Assembly: GCA_046757165.1 (NCBI GenBank)
Contig: JBHHXT010000012.1
Coordinates: forward strand, 1-50,842
DNA length: 50,842 nucleotides
Direction of reading: 5' to 3'
From: a bacterium
GTDB taxonomy: Bacteria; Zhuqueibacterota; Zhuqueibacteria; Oceanimicrobiales; Oceanimicrobiaceae
Shown here: piece by piece, positions 11,211 to 20,585 of the stretch
How the letters are laid out: every line of letters begins with the position of its first letter
How positions within the stretch are numbered: the stretch's first letter is position 1
The notes under the pieces: generated by a model
Database searches by the model: none
Seen by the model: only the letters and a program-made list of their open reading frames with translations
What the model was told of the DNA's origin: nothing
Made by a program: the position numbers and the translations under genes

Positions 11211-12366
11211 CCGGCTCGACAAAGTCGGTGAGTATTTTTTCTCCAGGAAGCTGCGCGAGGTGGCAAAGCTGCGCGCCCGGGGCCACGACATCATCAATCT
11301 CGGCATCGGCAGTCCGGATTTGCCGCCATCCCCGCAAACCGTGGCCGCGCTCGAACTTGCCGCCAGCGACCCGCGCAGCCACGGCTATCAGCCATACAAC
11401 GGCACCTCCGAGCTGCGGTCTGCTTTTGCTGCGTGGTACAAGCGCTCGTACCAGGTCGACCTGGAGGCAGACACTCAGATCTTGCCGCTCCTCGGGTCGA
11501 AGGAGGGCATTTTCCACATTTCCCAGGCCTTCCTGAACTCCGGCGACCAGGTGCTGGTACCGGACCCGGGCTATCCGAGCTATGCAGCCGTGACCCGGCT
11601 CGTCGGCGCCTCGCCGATCTTTTACGACCTGACAGAGGAAACGGGCTGGTTTCCTGATTTGAGCGAGCTGGCAAGAGATGATTTGTCTCGCGTCAAACTC
11701 ATGTGGATCAATTATCCGCACATGCCGACTGGTGCCGTTGCGCGCCAGCGGGATTTTGAGCGGTTGGTCGATTTTTCGCTGGCGCATGAGATCCTGCTGT
11801 GTCACGACACGCCGTACGGTTTGATTCTCAACGCCGCCCCGCCGCTCAGCATTCTGCGCTGCCCGAGGGCCTTCGAGTGTTGCCTGGAACTGAATTCGCT
11901 CAGCAAAAACCACCACATGGCCGGCTGGCGTGTGGGGATGGTGGCTGGCGCCAGCGAATACTTACAGGCTATCCTGACGATAAAGAGCAATATGGATTCT
12001 GGCATGTTTTTGCCAGTGCAAAAAGCAGCAGTCGCCGCGCTTAAGAATTCGCAAGCGTGGCACGCAGAGCAGAACCAGATCTACCGCCGGCGCCGGGAAT
12101 TGGCCTGCAAACTGATGGAGACGCTCGACTGTAGCTATGCGATCGACAGACCAGGGCTGTTTGTCTGGGCCAGGGTGCCGCAGCAGGTCGACGATGTGAC
12201 GTCGTTTCTGGATCAGCTGTTGTACGAAGCAGGGGTGTTTCTTGCGCCCGGAATTATCTTTGGCCGAAACGGCGAACGCTACCTGCGCGCGTCGCTTTGC
12301 GTCGAGGAGAGCCTGCTGGAGGAGGCCATCCGCAGAATCAGATCATTCATCGAGGGAAAGCCATGA
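11191..12366 (+). CDS. Class I/II PLP-dependent aminotransferase (probable aromatic/prephenate aminotransferase)
   Basis: INLGIGSPD, GSKEGI, NYPHMPTG and SLSK...GWRVG motifs. ATG 11191 overlaps the pheA end. Confidence 0.88.
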   Translation: MIIDKADRLDKVGEYFFSRKLREVAKLRARGHDIINLGIGSPDLPPSPQTVAALELAASDPRSHGYQPYNGTSELRSAFAAWYKRSYQVDLEADTQILPLLGSKEGIFHISQAFLNSGDQVLVPDPGYPSYAAVTRLVGASPIFYDLTEETGWFPDLSELARDDLSRVKLMWINYPHMPTGAVARQRDFERLVDFSLAHEILLCHDTPYGLILNAAPPLSILRCPRAFECCLELNSLSKNHHMAGWRVGMVAGASEYLQAILTIKSNMDSGMFLPVQKAAVAALKNSQAWHAEQNQIYRRRRELACKLMETLDCSYAIDRPGLFVWARVPQQVDDVTSFLDQLLYEAGVFLAPGIIFGRNGERYLRASLCVEESLLEEAIRRIRSFIEGKP

Positions 12367-13469
12367 GCCATGAACCCAATCTGAGCCTGGCACGACAATC
12401 GAACGTGCCCGACCGCAGCAAAGGATTGATCATCATCGCAGGACCGTGCAGCGCCGAGTCCGAAGAGCAAGTCATGCAAACCGCGCTGGCGTTGGACAAG
12501 ATTCCGGAGGTAACGGTCTTTCGCGCCGGGGTGTGGAAGCCGCGCACACGGCCGAACAGCTTCGAGGGCGTGGGCGTTGAAGGCCTGCAATGGTTACAGA
12601 AGGTCAAAGAGCACACGGGCCTGGCGACGGCAGTGGAGGTGGCGAATGCGGGCCATGTCTCCGAGGCCCTGAAGTTTGGGGTCGACCTCCTGTGGGTTGG
12701 CGCGCGCACGAGCGCCAACCCGTTTTCGGTGCAGGAAATCGCCGATGCCTTGCGCGGCGCCGACGTCCCTGTGTGGGTCAAAAACCCGGTCAATCCGGAC
12801 TTGCAGCTCTGGATCGGGGCGCTGGAGCGGCTCAACCAGGCAGGGATCACCCGTCTTGGTGCCATTCATCGTGGTTTCACGACCTACGAGAGAACCGCCT
12901 ACCGCAACGCGCCCAAATGGCAAATCCCCATCGAGCTGAAGCGTTTGGCGCCAGACCTGCCCATCATCTGTGATCCGAGTCATATCGCTGGTCGGCCACA
13001 GTACCTGCAGGAGGTTTCCCAGAAGGCTCTCGACCTGACCATGAGCGGGCTGATGATTGAGACCCATATCGACCCGCAAAATGCGCTCAGCGATGCCGGT
13101 CAGCAGATTCAGCCTGCGGCTTTGCGGGAGTTGCTCAACAGCTTGCGGATTCGCAAAGTAGAAAACGGCTCCGGCGCCAGTGATGAGCTGGTCCGGCTTC
13201 GGCAGGAAAGCAATGCCATCGACTATGAAATGCTGGAGCTGATGGCGCGGCGCATGCAGGTGGTAAAGAAGATCGGTTCATTCAAGAAAAAGCATGACAT
13301 GACGATCTTACAAGTTCAGAGATGGAAGCACGTCATCGAAGATCGACTTGAAAAGGCGCGCGAGCTCGGGTTGGAAGAAAAGTTCGTGCAGGACATCTAT
13401 GAGATTTTGCATAGCTATGCCATCAAGATTCAGTCGCAGGTGATGAACGAAAGTTTGTCGAAAAGTTAA
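12363..13469 (+). CDS. Bifunctional DAHP synthase (type I-beta) / C-terminal chorismate mutase
   Basis: AGPCSAE, RAGVWKPRT, KNP, HRGF and DPSHIAG motifs; C-terminal AroQ-like LRQESNAID...RRMQVV...K. ATGA overlap at 12363. Confidence 0.92.
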   Translation: MSHEPNLSLARQSNVPDRSKGLIIIAGPCSAESEEQVMQTALALDKIPEVTVFRAGVWKPRTRPNSFEGVGVEGLQWLQKVKEHTGLATAVEVANAGHVSEALKFGVDLLWVGARTSANPFSVQEIADALRGADVPVWVKNPVNPDLQLWIGALERLNQAGITRLGAIHRGFTTYERTAYRNAPKWQIPIELKRLAPDLPIICDPSHIAGRPQYLQEVSQKALDLTMSGLMIETHIDPQNALSDAGQQIQPAALRELLNSLRIRKVENGSGASDELVRLRQESNAIDYEMLELMARRMQVVKKIGSFKKKHDMTILQVQRWKHVIEDRLEKARELGLEEKFVQDIYEILHSYAIKIQSQVMNESLSKS

Positions 13470-13571
13470 TGTTTCTTAACTGGGATTTGACGGAAGAATT
13501 TTGCACTTTCAAAGGATTGTGAACCCAACATTGTTCTGCCACATCTGCCGGGGAAAAGGAGGCCAAGAAGA

Positions 13572-13799
13572 ATGAACTGTCCGTACTTTTTTGAAGCAAG
13601 ATGCAACCAGTGCCTCATTTTCAAGGGATTGTTTGTGCCGAGCATCTATGAGGAAAAGAACTACTGCAGAAACGGGAAATATCAGGAATGTGGCATATTC
13701 ACGCTCTACGCTGAGTCATCCATCAAAGTCAGCAAGGAAGAATACCGCACCCAAATCGAACGCGAGCAGTACTCGGGTCCCGCGGTAAGTTCTCATTAG
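13572..13799 (+). CDS. Small Cys-rich hypothetical protein (75 aa)
   Basis: AGGAGG SD 9 nt before ATG; five Cys (CPY...C..C...YC...C). Confidence 0.7.
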   Translation: MNCPYFFEARCNQCLIFKGLFVPSIYEEKNYCRNGKYQECGIFTLYAESSIKVSKEEYRTQIEREQYSGPAVSSH

Positions 13800-13872
13800 G
13801 CGCCACACGGGACATAGAACTTGATTCAGCCACGAATTGGCACGAATAAGATGGGTCTTGAAACGGAAAAGC

Positions 13873-13915
13873 TTTTTTCGAATTTAGAGTTTAGTTTAGG
13901 ATTTCGAATTTCCGG
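13873..13915. repeat. Dispersed intergenic repeat, copy 1
   Basis: TTTTTTCGAATTTAGAG...GGATTTCGAATTTCCGG; a near-identical copy is at 23066-23103. Confidence 0.65.
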
Positions 13916-13918
13916 ACC

Positions 13919-14470
13919 TCACTTCCCGATTTTCGCCAGAATGAGTTTCAGAGTTTGCAGCACATCTTCCTTTCGTTTTGCACAGATCGGTAGGATTGCG
14001 GCGGAGTCCTTGAGTTCCAGTACTGTTCGCACCTCCTCGGGCGATAATGCATTCGGCAGATCTTGCTTGTTTGCACAGATCTGAATGGGTACTTGATAAT
14101 ACTCCAGATAGTAGTCGAGCATCATCTTGGCATAGATGGAGTCAAGGAGGCTTGCAGCATCTAACAGAAAAATAAGTCCATCCATTTCTTCAGATAAGAT
14201 ATCCCACATAAACTCGAATCGATCTTGTCCTGGTGTTCCAAACAAATAGATTAACTTGGAATCGATCTTGACCTGCCCAAAATCCAATGCCGCAGTGGCG
14301 TTGTTCATACCGGGAGGGTCGAGGTTCGCGCGGGAGACCTCAGTTTGAACAGGTGTGACCCCGCTGGCAGTTTGAATGAACTGGGTTTTGCCTGCTGAGA
14401 CCGGTCCGGAGACCACGAATTTGATTCTTTCGGTTCTTTTGTGTGGCTGAGAATTTGTCTCTTGTTCCAT
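13919..14470 (-). CDS. Small Ras-superfamily GTPase (MglA-related, conservon CvnD-like)
   Basis: G1 GPVSAGKT, LDFG, G3-region FGTPGQDRF, G4 NKQD, G5 CAK. Confidence 0.9.
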   Translation of the reverse strand: MEQETNSQPHKRTERIKFVVSGPVSAGKTQFIQTASGVTPVQTEVSRANLDPPGMNNATAALDFGQVKIDSKLIYLFGTPGQDRFEFMWDILSEEMDGLIFLLDAASLLDSIYAKMMLDYYLEYYQVPIQICANKQDLPNALSPEEVRTVLELKDSAAILPICAKRKEDVLQTLKLILAKIGK

Positions 14471-14648
14471 AAACTGATAAGCCCTGGGTTAGATTCGACC
14501 TCATTCTCCTATCTCGATGAGGAGAGGAGTTTTATGAGATTGAGTCCTGCGAGTTATTGTGAGTCTGAAAAGACGGGATACTGAGCGGAATGCTACTTCA
14601 GCGACACCGGCATTCCTCCCTGAATCCTTTTCTACACCCTGCCGGCGC

Positions 14649-16946
14649 TTAGATTCTTTGGCTGATCTCGATTTGGATCTTGCGCAGTTCACGATCCAAA
14701 TCATGCAGGGTCTGAAATCGCTTGTTCGCCTCAGCACGAATCGCCGTCATGACAACGCTGTCCCACGCCTTATGAGGTGGATCCTCAGCCTTCTCCGTCG
14801 GCACGATATTTACTTTGAGCAAATCCTGCGGCTCGTTGATCTCGCCAGCCGTTTCATAAGGGTGGCGTCGGGCCAGAACTTCATATGCGATAATCCCGAG
14901 GGAGTAGATATCGCTGCGGATGTCGCTTCTCTTGCCCCTGAGGACTTCCGGAGCCATGTATTCCCACCCCTCTGGCATGGGTGCTTGAGCTGAGCCTGAG
15001 GTGTTTTCGAAACCGGGATGACGAAAATCTGCAATCTTCAGTCCTCTCGCCTCAGTCAACCAAATATTCCCGGGTTTCAAGTTGAGGTGCGAGACCCCCT
15101 GTGAGTGGAGGTACATCAACGCGCGCACGATCTTCAAGAGATTCGTCAGGAATTCCATCTCCCATTCTGAATCTGCATAGTCGACATCGGTGATTTTCTT
15201 TCCGTCCAGGTATTCTCTGGCATAGAAGAGGACATAATCTTGTTCACCCATGTCGAAAAGGGTCGCAATATTGGGATGGTTCATGCGGCCGACAGCACGA
15301 ATGGTCTCATAGATTTGCCCAAGCTCATCTTCATTTTGAAGGTAATGAATCGTTCGTTGAAGTGACAGGGCTCTGATGATGACTGGACGTCCAAGGCGTT
15401 TATCCATGCCTAAATAGGTAGAGTAGTTTCGGTGCTGAAGCAGGCGCTCCTTCACTTCGATCTCACCCAGGCAATAGCCGGTGTTGCCCGAAAGATGGGC
15501 AAGCGGATTGCGCCAAATAATTTCACTGCAGGCTGTCTTCTCACCAGGCAGAATATCTACTTCCTCCATGGGCATGACGCCAATTTCGTCTGTGGTGCTA
15601 CCTTCGAGTGACTTCTTGTCGCCAACGAAGAGGATGCCACCAGCAGACTGACTGCCGTCAACATGCTGCCGGGCTATTCGCAAGAGATGTGCTGAACGGA
15701 CCAAAGCCTTGAGCGTATTCCGACTGCTGCTTTTGCCTTTAGTGGTGACAAGACTGCAATGGAGCGAGACTCTGTCGCCGGGTGCAACTTTAGCATTGTA
15801 GGTCTCCAGGCTTTGCAGCAGTTTAGCGAGTGCGTTGATCTGAGGGGCAGGGTTCATGGCAAGGCCCAGAAAGCCCGTGTTTACATACCGTAACGCACTT
15901 TCCGGTACCTGAGACAGATGAGAGCTAAGGAGTTTCAGGAGCCCTTCAGGTATTTCCTCGCTGCGCTGTGATTCGATTTGAGCGAACAAATAGCATCTCC
16001 ACCCGGAGGTCAGATGCGCCTGGCTTTCTTGCCCATCTTCCGCTTTCCTGAGCCGGGCAAGGAGTTCTCCATTCAGGTTGAACTTCTTTGACTTCAGGTC
16101 GCTGCCATGTTTGGAATTGTTTTGGATTTCATTGAAGAAATCTTCAACGGCTATCTTTCCCAGAATAAACAAGAACTCGCTGTCTTCCGGGTCCTTTGAG
16201 CGGTTTGTGAAATTGTTGCGGAGGACAAGTCTCAGAGTCAAGTAATCACGCACATCTTCGATGGAGTCGAAAGATGAGAAAGAGCTTGCGCACGAGGCGA
16301 TTAACTGAGCGGTTTCAACTTTGGTGATTCTTCTGTTTTTTGAAATATGTTCGTATGCGTGGGTCAGCGCAATTTGCCGCGTGCAGAGTTCTTTGTTGTC
16401 AGGTTCCTGTATTTTCTGAAGCAGGACCCTGCTGGCCTCAGAAAACTTGCATCGCCACCACAGATCCTCCAGGTAGTCGTGCAGCGTTTGGAACGGACCA
16501 TATGCGTCCTTTGCTGCTTGCTCAGGGGCTGTTGCGTGTTTGTCTCCGGCGGCCCCGTTCTCAGTCGTGGCGGAGGGAGTGCTGCGTTGAATTTCTGTTT
16601 CCGGTGCGTTTCTTCGAGCTCGTTTACAGATTTCAGCAGCGAACTCTGTATGAACATTTTGCTGCTCGAAGAGGGCCGCCAGGCTGAAAACGAGCTGGTC
16701 GGAATCCGGGTTGGCATGGACAGCTTTTTCATAAAGACCTAGCGCCTCGTCTGAGACGTCCTTCAGGCCAATTGAGGCCATCGAGGCGCAAGAGACGACC
16801 TCCGGCACCTCCGGGGTGAGTGCCAGAAGTTGGGTGAGCTTTTCATATGCCTCAGCATATTGCTGCCTTTCTAAATAGGATTTGCCCAGGGTCAACAAAA
16901 GCTGGTGTAACCGCTCCTGGGGGGGAGTCTGGTCCGAGACGGTCAT
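14649..16946 (-). CDS. TPR + degenerate class III cyclase-like domain + Ser/Thr pseudokinase
   Basis: N-terminal TPRs. The C-terminal kinase fold has VIIR (for VAIK), HLNLKPGN (for HRDLKPxN), DFR (for DFG), YMAPE and SDIYSLG. Confidence 0.8.
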   Translation of the reverse strand: MTVSDQTPPQERLHQLLLTLGKSYLERQQYAEAYEKLTQLLALTPEVPEVVSCASMASIGLKDVSDEALGLYEKAVHANPDSDQLVFSLAALFEQQNVHTEFAAEICKRARRNAPETEIQRSTPSATTENGAAGDKHATAPEQAAKDAYGPFQTLHDYLEDLWWRCKFSEASRVLLQKIQEPDNKELCTRQIALTHAYEHISKNRRITKVETAQLIASCASSFSSFDSIEDVRDYLTLRLVLRNNFTNRSKDPEDSEFLFILGKIAVEDFFNEIQNNSKHGSDLKSKKFNLNGELLARLRKAEDGQESQAHLTSGWRCYLFAQIESQRSEEIPEGLLKLLSSHLSQVPESALRYVNTGFLGLAMNPAPQINALAKLLQSLETYNAKVAPGDRVSLHCSLVTTKGKSSSRNTLKALVRSAHLLRIARQHVDGSQSAGGILFVGDKKSLEGSTTDEIGVMPMEEVDILPGEKTACSEIIWRNPLAHLSGNTGYCLGEIEVKERLLQHRNYSTYLGMDKRLGRPVIIRALSLQRTIHYLQNEDELGQIYETIRAVGRMNHPNIATLFDMGEQDYVLFYAREYLDGKKITDVDYADSEWEMEFLTNLLKIVRALMYLHSQGVSHLNLKPGNIWLTEARGLKIADFRHPGFENTSGSAQAPMPEGWEYMAPEVLRGKRSDIRSDIYSLGIIAYEVLARRHPYETAGEINEPQDLLKVNIVPTEKAEDPPHKAWDSVVMTAIRAEANKRFQTLHDLDRELRKIQIEISQRI

Positions 16947-18802
16947 GGCGAGTTTTCTTCAGTTTTGGTTTGCTTTTCTTGCTCTGCTCGCAGCTCATTT
17001 TCCAGTATCGCTATGGCTTCGTCTTCGATATGTCCATCTCCAAGATATTTTTGCGACAGAACGGCATGGATCTGCGGGTGTATTTGTCTGGCCAGATTCA
17101 GATCGATAATCATCTTGAAGACCTTCAGAGCGCGCTCATCATTGCGTCCGAGCATCAGGTAGATATTGGCCAGGGTGGGGTAATATCTCAACCGCTCCGG
17201 GTGTCTTGCCAGCAGTCGTTCATAGATTTTTGCGGCTTTGAGATAGCTGCCCCGCAAATAGTGAATTCTGGCCCGGCTGGTCGGGGAGAAAATCACAAAT
17301 CCGAATAGCGGCAGAACGACCATGGCCACGACCGCACCGCCGATATACACGAGCGCGGTGTAGCGCTTTTGAACGGGTGCGGCGTCGGCAGATTCCGAGT
17401 TTAGTTTCAAATTCTCCCGGGCCTGAATCAGAAGATTGAGAATGTTGTGGTCTTCCGGGGCCAACAGGCGCAACTTTTCCAGCACCAGCACCGCCTGCAT
17501 CCACTCCTCTGACTTCATCATGGTCACGGCCTGGTCGTAGAGCGAATTGAAGTACTCATTGGACGGCAAGGCGCTGGCGGTGCTGGGCTTATAAGAGCGT
17601 TTTATTTGTTCCAGCAAGGTGGCGGTGTCTTTGTAATTGGGATCGAGCTTGTGGATTTTTTCGAAGGATGCCAGCGCTGTGCCCAAATCCTTGTTGTTCA
17701 TGGCGGTGATGCCGTCGAAGTAGTACTGCCTGAGAATGTTTTCGGTGTTTTCCGATTCCAGACCCCGGTGCGCCTCGCGGAGTTTGCTTTCCGCCTCGAG
17801 GTAGGCTGGCTCCAGCTCGATCACCTGTTCAAAAGCGATAATTGCCCGGGTCCAGTTTTTGTCCTGCAGGGCTGTCATGCCGATGGCGTACTCGTCTTCG
17901 ATCTGTCGCGCCGTCTGGAGTCGTTCGAATGCCTCCCTGGCTTCGGTGAGATTGGCGCGAGCGTCCTCGTAATTGGGATCGTGTTGCAGCAGAGTTTCGT
18001 AGGTACTGATGGCCATCTCCAGATTCCCGTCCCGGGCGTGCTTCTGTGCGAGTTCATACATTTCCTGCAGAAACTCTCTCTTGGCTCTGGAATTCATCAG
18101 GGAATCGATCAGCGCCAACTTCTTCTCCAAGCCAGCGTGATTGGGCTTGATGGTCTTCAACTGCTGTACCAGTGCCTGGGCCTGCATGACCTCGCCGGCA
18201 TCCAACAATTTTTGGATTTCCACATCTAATTTGTCCGCTTCGATGTCTACTCTTACAATCTTGATCAGGTTTTGAAAATAACTGCGGTTCTCTTTGAATT
18301 TCTCCTGTCCTGCCTTTAGCTCCCGCAAAGCGGCATCATATTTCCTTTGCTCGTAGAGGACGAGAGCCAGCTCAAACGTCACCTTGGAGCGCATGTCGCG
18401 GTCTTTGGCAAATTGCAGCGCATCTAGCAGCGTATTTTCGCTTTGTGTGAGCTTCTTGAGACGTTTTTGGGTCACCGCCAGGTGGTAGAGGATGCGGGTT
18501 TTGAGTTTGTTACTTTTCTCCCTTCTTTTCGCCTGGTAGGCGTTTGTGAAATAACGCTCTGCATTTCGGAAATCTCTGAGCTGCTTATAGGCCAGACCCA
18601 GATTGTAGAGTGCCTCGACAAATGTGGGGTCCAGCTCGACGGCTTTTCTGTAAAGTTCGATTTTCTTTTGCCCATCTGTCTCGGCGGTCGCGCGATTGAA
18701 TAGGTTTATCGCCTCTTGATTCGCGGACTGGGGATAGCCTGGCGCATGACTGGTGAGGTGAAACCCCAGCGCGATGCACAGTAGAAGCTTTTTTGCTTGC
18801 AC
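16943..18802 (-). CDS. Exported multi-TPR protein with one TM helix and a cytoplasmic TPR tail
   Basis: Signal peptide-like N-terminus, many TPRs (KAVELDPTFVEALYNLG), TM ALVYIGGAVVAMVVLPLFGFVIF. AAGGAG SD before GTG. Confidence 0.88.
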   Translation of the reverse strand: MQAKKLLLCIALGFHLTSHAPGYPQSANQEAINLFNRATAETDGQKKIELYRKAVELDPTFVEALYNLGLAYKQLRDFRNAERYFTNAYQAKRREKSNKLKTRILYHLAVTQKRLKKLTQSENTLLDALQFAKDRDMRSKVTFELALVLYEQRKYDAALRELKAGQEKFKENRSYFQNLIKIVRVDIEADKLDVEIQKLLDAGEVMQAQALVQQLKTIKPNHAGLEKKLALIDSLMNSRAKREFLQEMYELAQKHARDGNLEMAISTYETLLQHDPNYEDARANLTEAREAFERLQTARQIEDEYAIGMTALQDKNWTRAIIAFEQVIELEPAYLEAESKLREAHRGLESENTENILRQYYFDGITAMNNKDLGTALASFEKIHKLDPNYKDTATLLEQIKRSYKPSTASALPSNEYFNSLYDQAVTMMKSEEWMQAVLVLEKLRLLAPEDHNILNLLIQARENLKLNSESADAAPVQKRYTALVYIGGAVVAMVVLPLFGFVIFSPTSRARIHYLRGSYLKAAKIYERLLARHPERLRYYPTLANIYLMLGRNDERALKVFKMIIDLNLARQIHPQIHAVLSQKYLGDGHIEDEAIAILENELRAEQEKQTKTEENSP

Positions 18803-18838
18803 GGTTACTATCTCCTTAATGTAAGCGGTGCGGTCGAT

Positions 18839-20497
18839 CTAAAATTCAATAGCAATGGTTTCTCCGTTTTTGATCTCCATATTTAGTTTTTCTTTTAAGA
18901 CATTGTTTTTCTTGTCCACAATGCGAATGTCATAGCTTCCACTTTTGAGGTAGAATCCGCTGTCCTTGTAACGGCCGAGCGCGCCAAATGGCTGCTCGTT
19001 GATTACGATGGTAGCGTTCCTGTAAGGCGCGGCATAAAAATCACCCAGCAAATAAACAAGCGCGCTGCCGCCGTCGGTTTGATCAGATGATCTACTGGAG
19101 GGAAGCCCTTGCGAAGCTGCAGAGAGGGAATCCCTGCTCGTGCTTCTTTCGTGCCATTCAGCGACGGGCTGGAGGTAGAGATTGCGCCTCTTGTAGAGAA
19201 TTTTTTCCCTGGCGTCCGCGACCGCCCAGGTGAAATTTCCTGCATGGACCGGCATGTCGTCGCTGAACTTTTGCACGGCATCCAGGACGCGCACGCCTGT
19301 CAAGTCATTCAACATTTGCACATACTTGCCGTCGTCGATTTGCAGCAAGACGAGCTGGCCCCCGCTCTTGTAGGCGTGCTGCGGCCCGCTTCTGGAGGGC
19401 GCCTGTTGCAGGGGAATGTTCACGCGTTTGGACACCGGGCCGGACGGCGGGGCAACGTCTGCGCTGCTCTCCGGCTGGCTGGCGTAGAAGAGAACGAGCG
19501 CAAAGGCCAGGAAGAGTGCCGTGCATAAGCTCACCACACCAACTTTGTTGGACGCGAACTTCCGTGAGGCCTCCACGACCGGGTAGATCGTTTTCACTAA
19601 CCGTTCGATATATTCACTGACGTTTGACGGTTCATCGCCGATGGTAAACTCGACCTCGACTCGAGTTGTCACGTTCCATTGCCCGTTGACGTGGATGAGT
19701 CCGGCGGTGATGTTGTCGGAGCCGTCCATCATCTTCGCCCGGCTGACGAGGTTGCTGACCTTGTTTTGCAACGAACCATGATAGGCGGTCAAAATGCTGT
19801 GAATGAGCTCATTTTGCAGGGCGTTGCAAAGGCCATCTGAGCACAGCAAGTAGAGATCATCCGGTTCAACCGGAGCGATCTGCAGGTCGATCTTGACGGC
19901 TGGCGAAATGCCGAGCGCGCGCGTCAGGACATTCTTTTTCTGAAAAGTCTTCACCTCGCTTTCGCTGATCTCCTGGTCTTCCAGCAGCTCATTGAGCCAG
20001 GAGTGGTCGGTTGTCATGCATGTCAGCTCGCCATTGCGCAGCCGGTAAATCCTGCTGTCCCCAACATGAGCGACGATGATGTGGCCGTCGTGGAACATGG
20101 CGACGACAAGCGTGGTGCCCATGCCGAGCATTTTCTTGTCATGCAGCGCGTAGTTCAGGATGCGGCGATTCGCCAACCGCACACCGGCCAATAGTTTCAG
20201 GGCCGGGTTCGGCAAATCTTGCCGAATGTCGTCACAAACTTTGTCGACGTCCAGGAATTTGTTTTCAATGACAATGCTGCGAATCGTCTCATTGCCAAAG
20301 ATCAAGTCACGCACTGTTTCACAAGCAAATTTGCTCGCAAGCGCACCTTTCTGATGACCTCCCATGCCATCACAGACAACAAAAAACTTCCTGGATTGGG
20401 AGTAGTAGTACGAGTCCTCGTTTTCTTTGCGCACGCTTCCGATATCGCTTGAAGCCGCCATGCTGATCTTTTGATGGATTTGTGTCGTCGTGGACAT
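18839..20497 (-). CDS. PP2C/PPM-family Ser/Thr phosphatase with TM helix and extracytoplasmic domain
   Basis: RKENED, CDGMGGH, GTT, HVGDSR, DHS, LTRALG, CSDGL and GSDNIT all intact; TM VGVVSLCTALFLAFALVLFY. Confidence 0.93.
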   Translation of the reverse strand: MSTTTQIHQKISMAASSDIGSVRKENEDSYYYSQSRKFFVVCDGMGGHQKGALASKFACETVRDLIFGNETIRSIVIENKFLDVDKVCDDIRQDLPNPALKLLAGVRLANRRILNYALHDKKMLGMGTTLVVAMFHDGHIIVAHVGDSRIYRLRNGELTCMTTDHSWLNELLEDQEISESEVKTFQKKNVLTRALGISPAVKIDLQIAPVEPDDLYLLCSDGLCNALQNELIHSILTAYHGSLQNKVSNLVSRAKMMDGSDNITAGLIHVNGQWNVTTRVEVEFTIGDEPSNVSEYIERLVKTIYPVVEASRKFASNKVGVVSLCTALFLAFALVLFYASQPESSADVAPPSGPVSKRVNIPLQQAPSRSGPQHAYKSGGQLVLLQIDDGKYVQMLNDLTGVRVLDAVQKFSDDMPVHAGNFTWAVADAREKILYKRRNLYLQPVAEWHERSTSRDSLSAASQGLPSSRSSDQTDGGSALVYLLGDFYAAPYRNATIVINEQPFGALGRYKDSGFYLKSGSYDIRIVDKKNNVLKEKLNMEIKNGETIAIEF

Positions 20498-20585
20498 TCC
20501 GTGTGCACTTCCCCTGTTTGTTAACGGTGAAAAAACCAGGTCTAGTTGTGGAGGTTTCGCCTCATGGCCCCTGCGAAAAAGAGAT

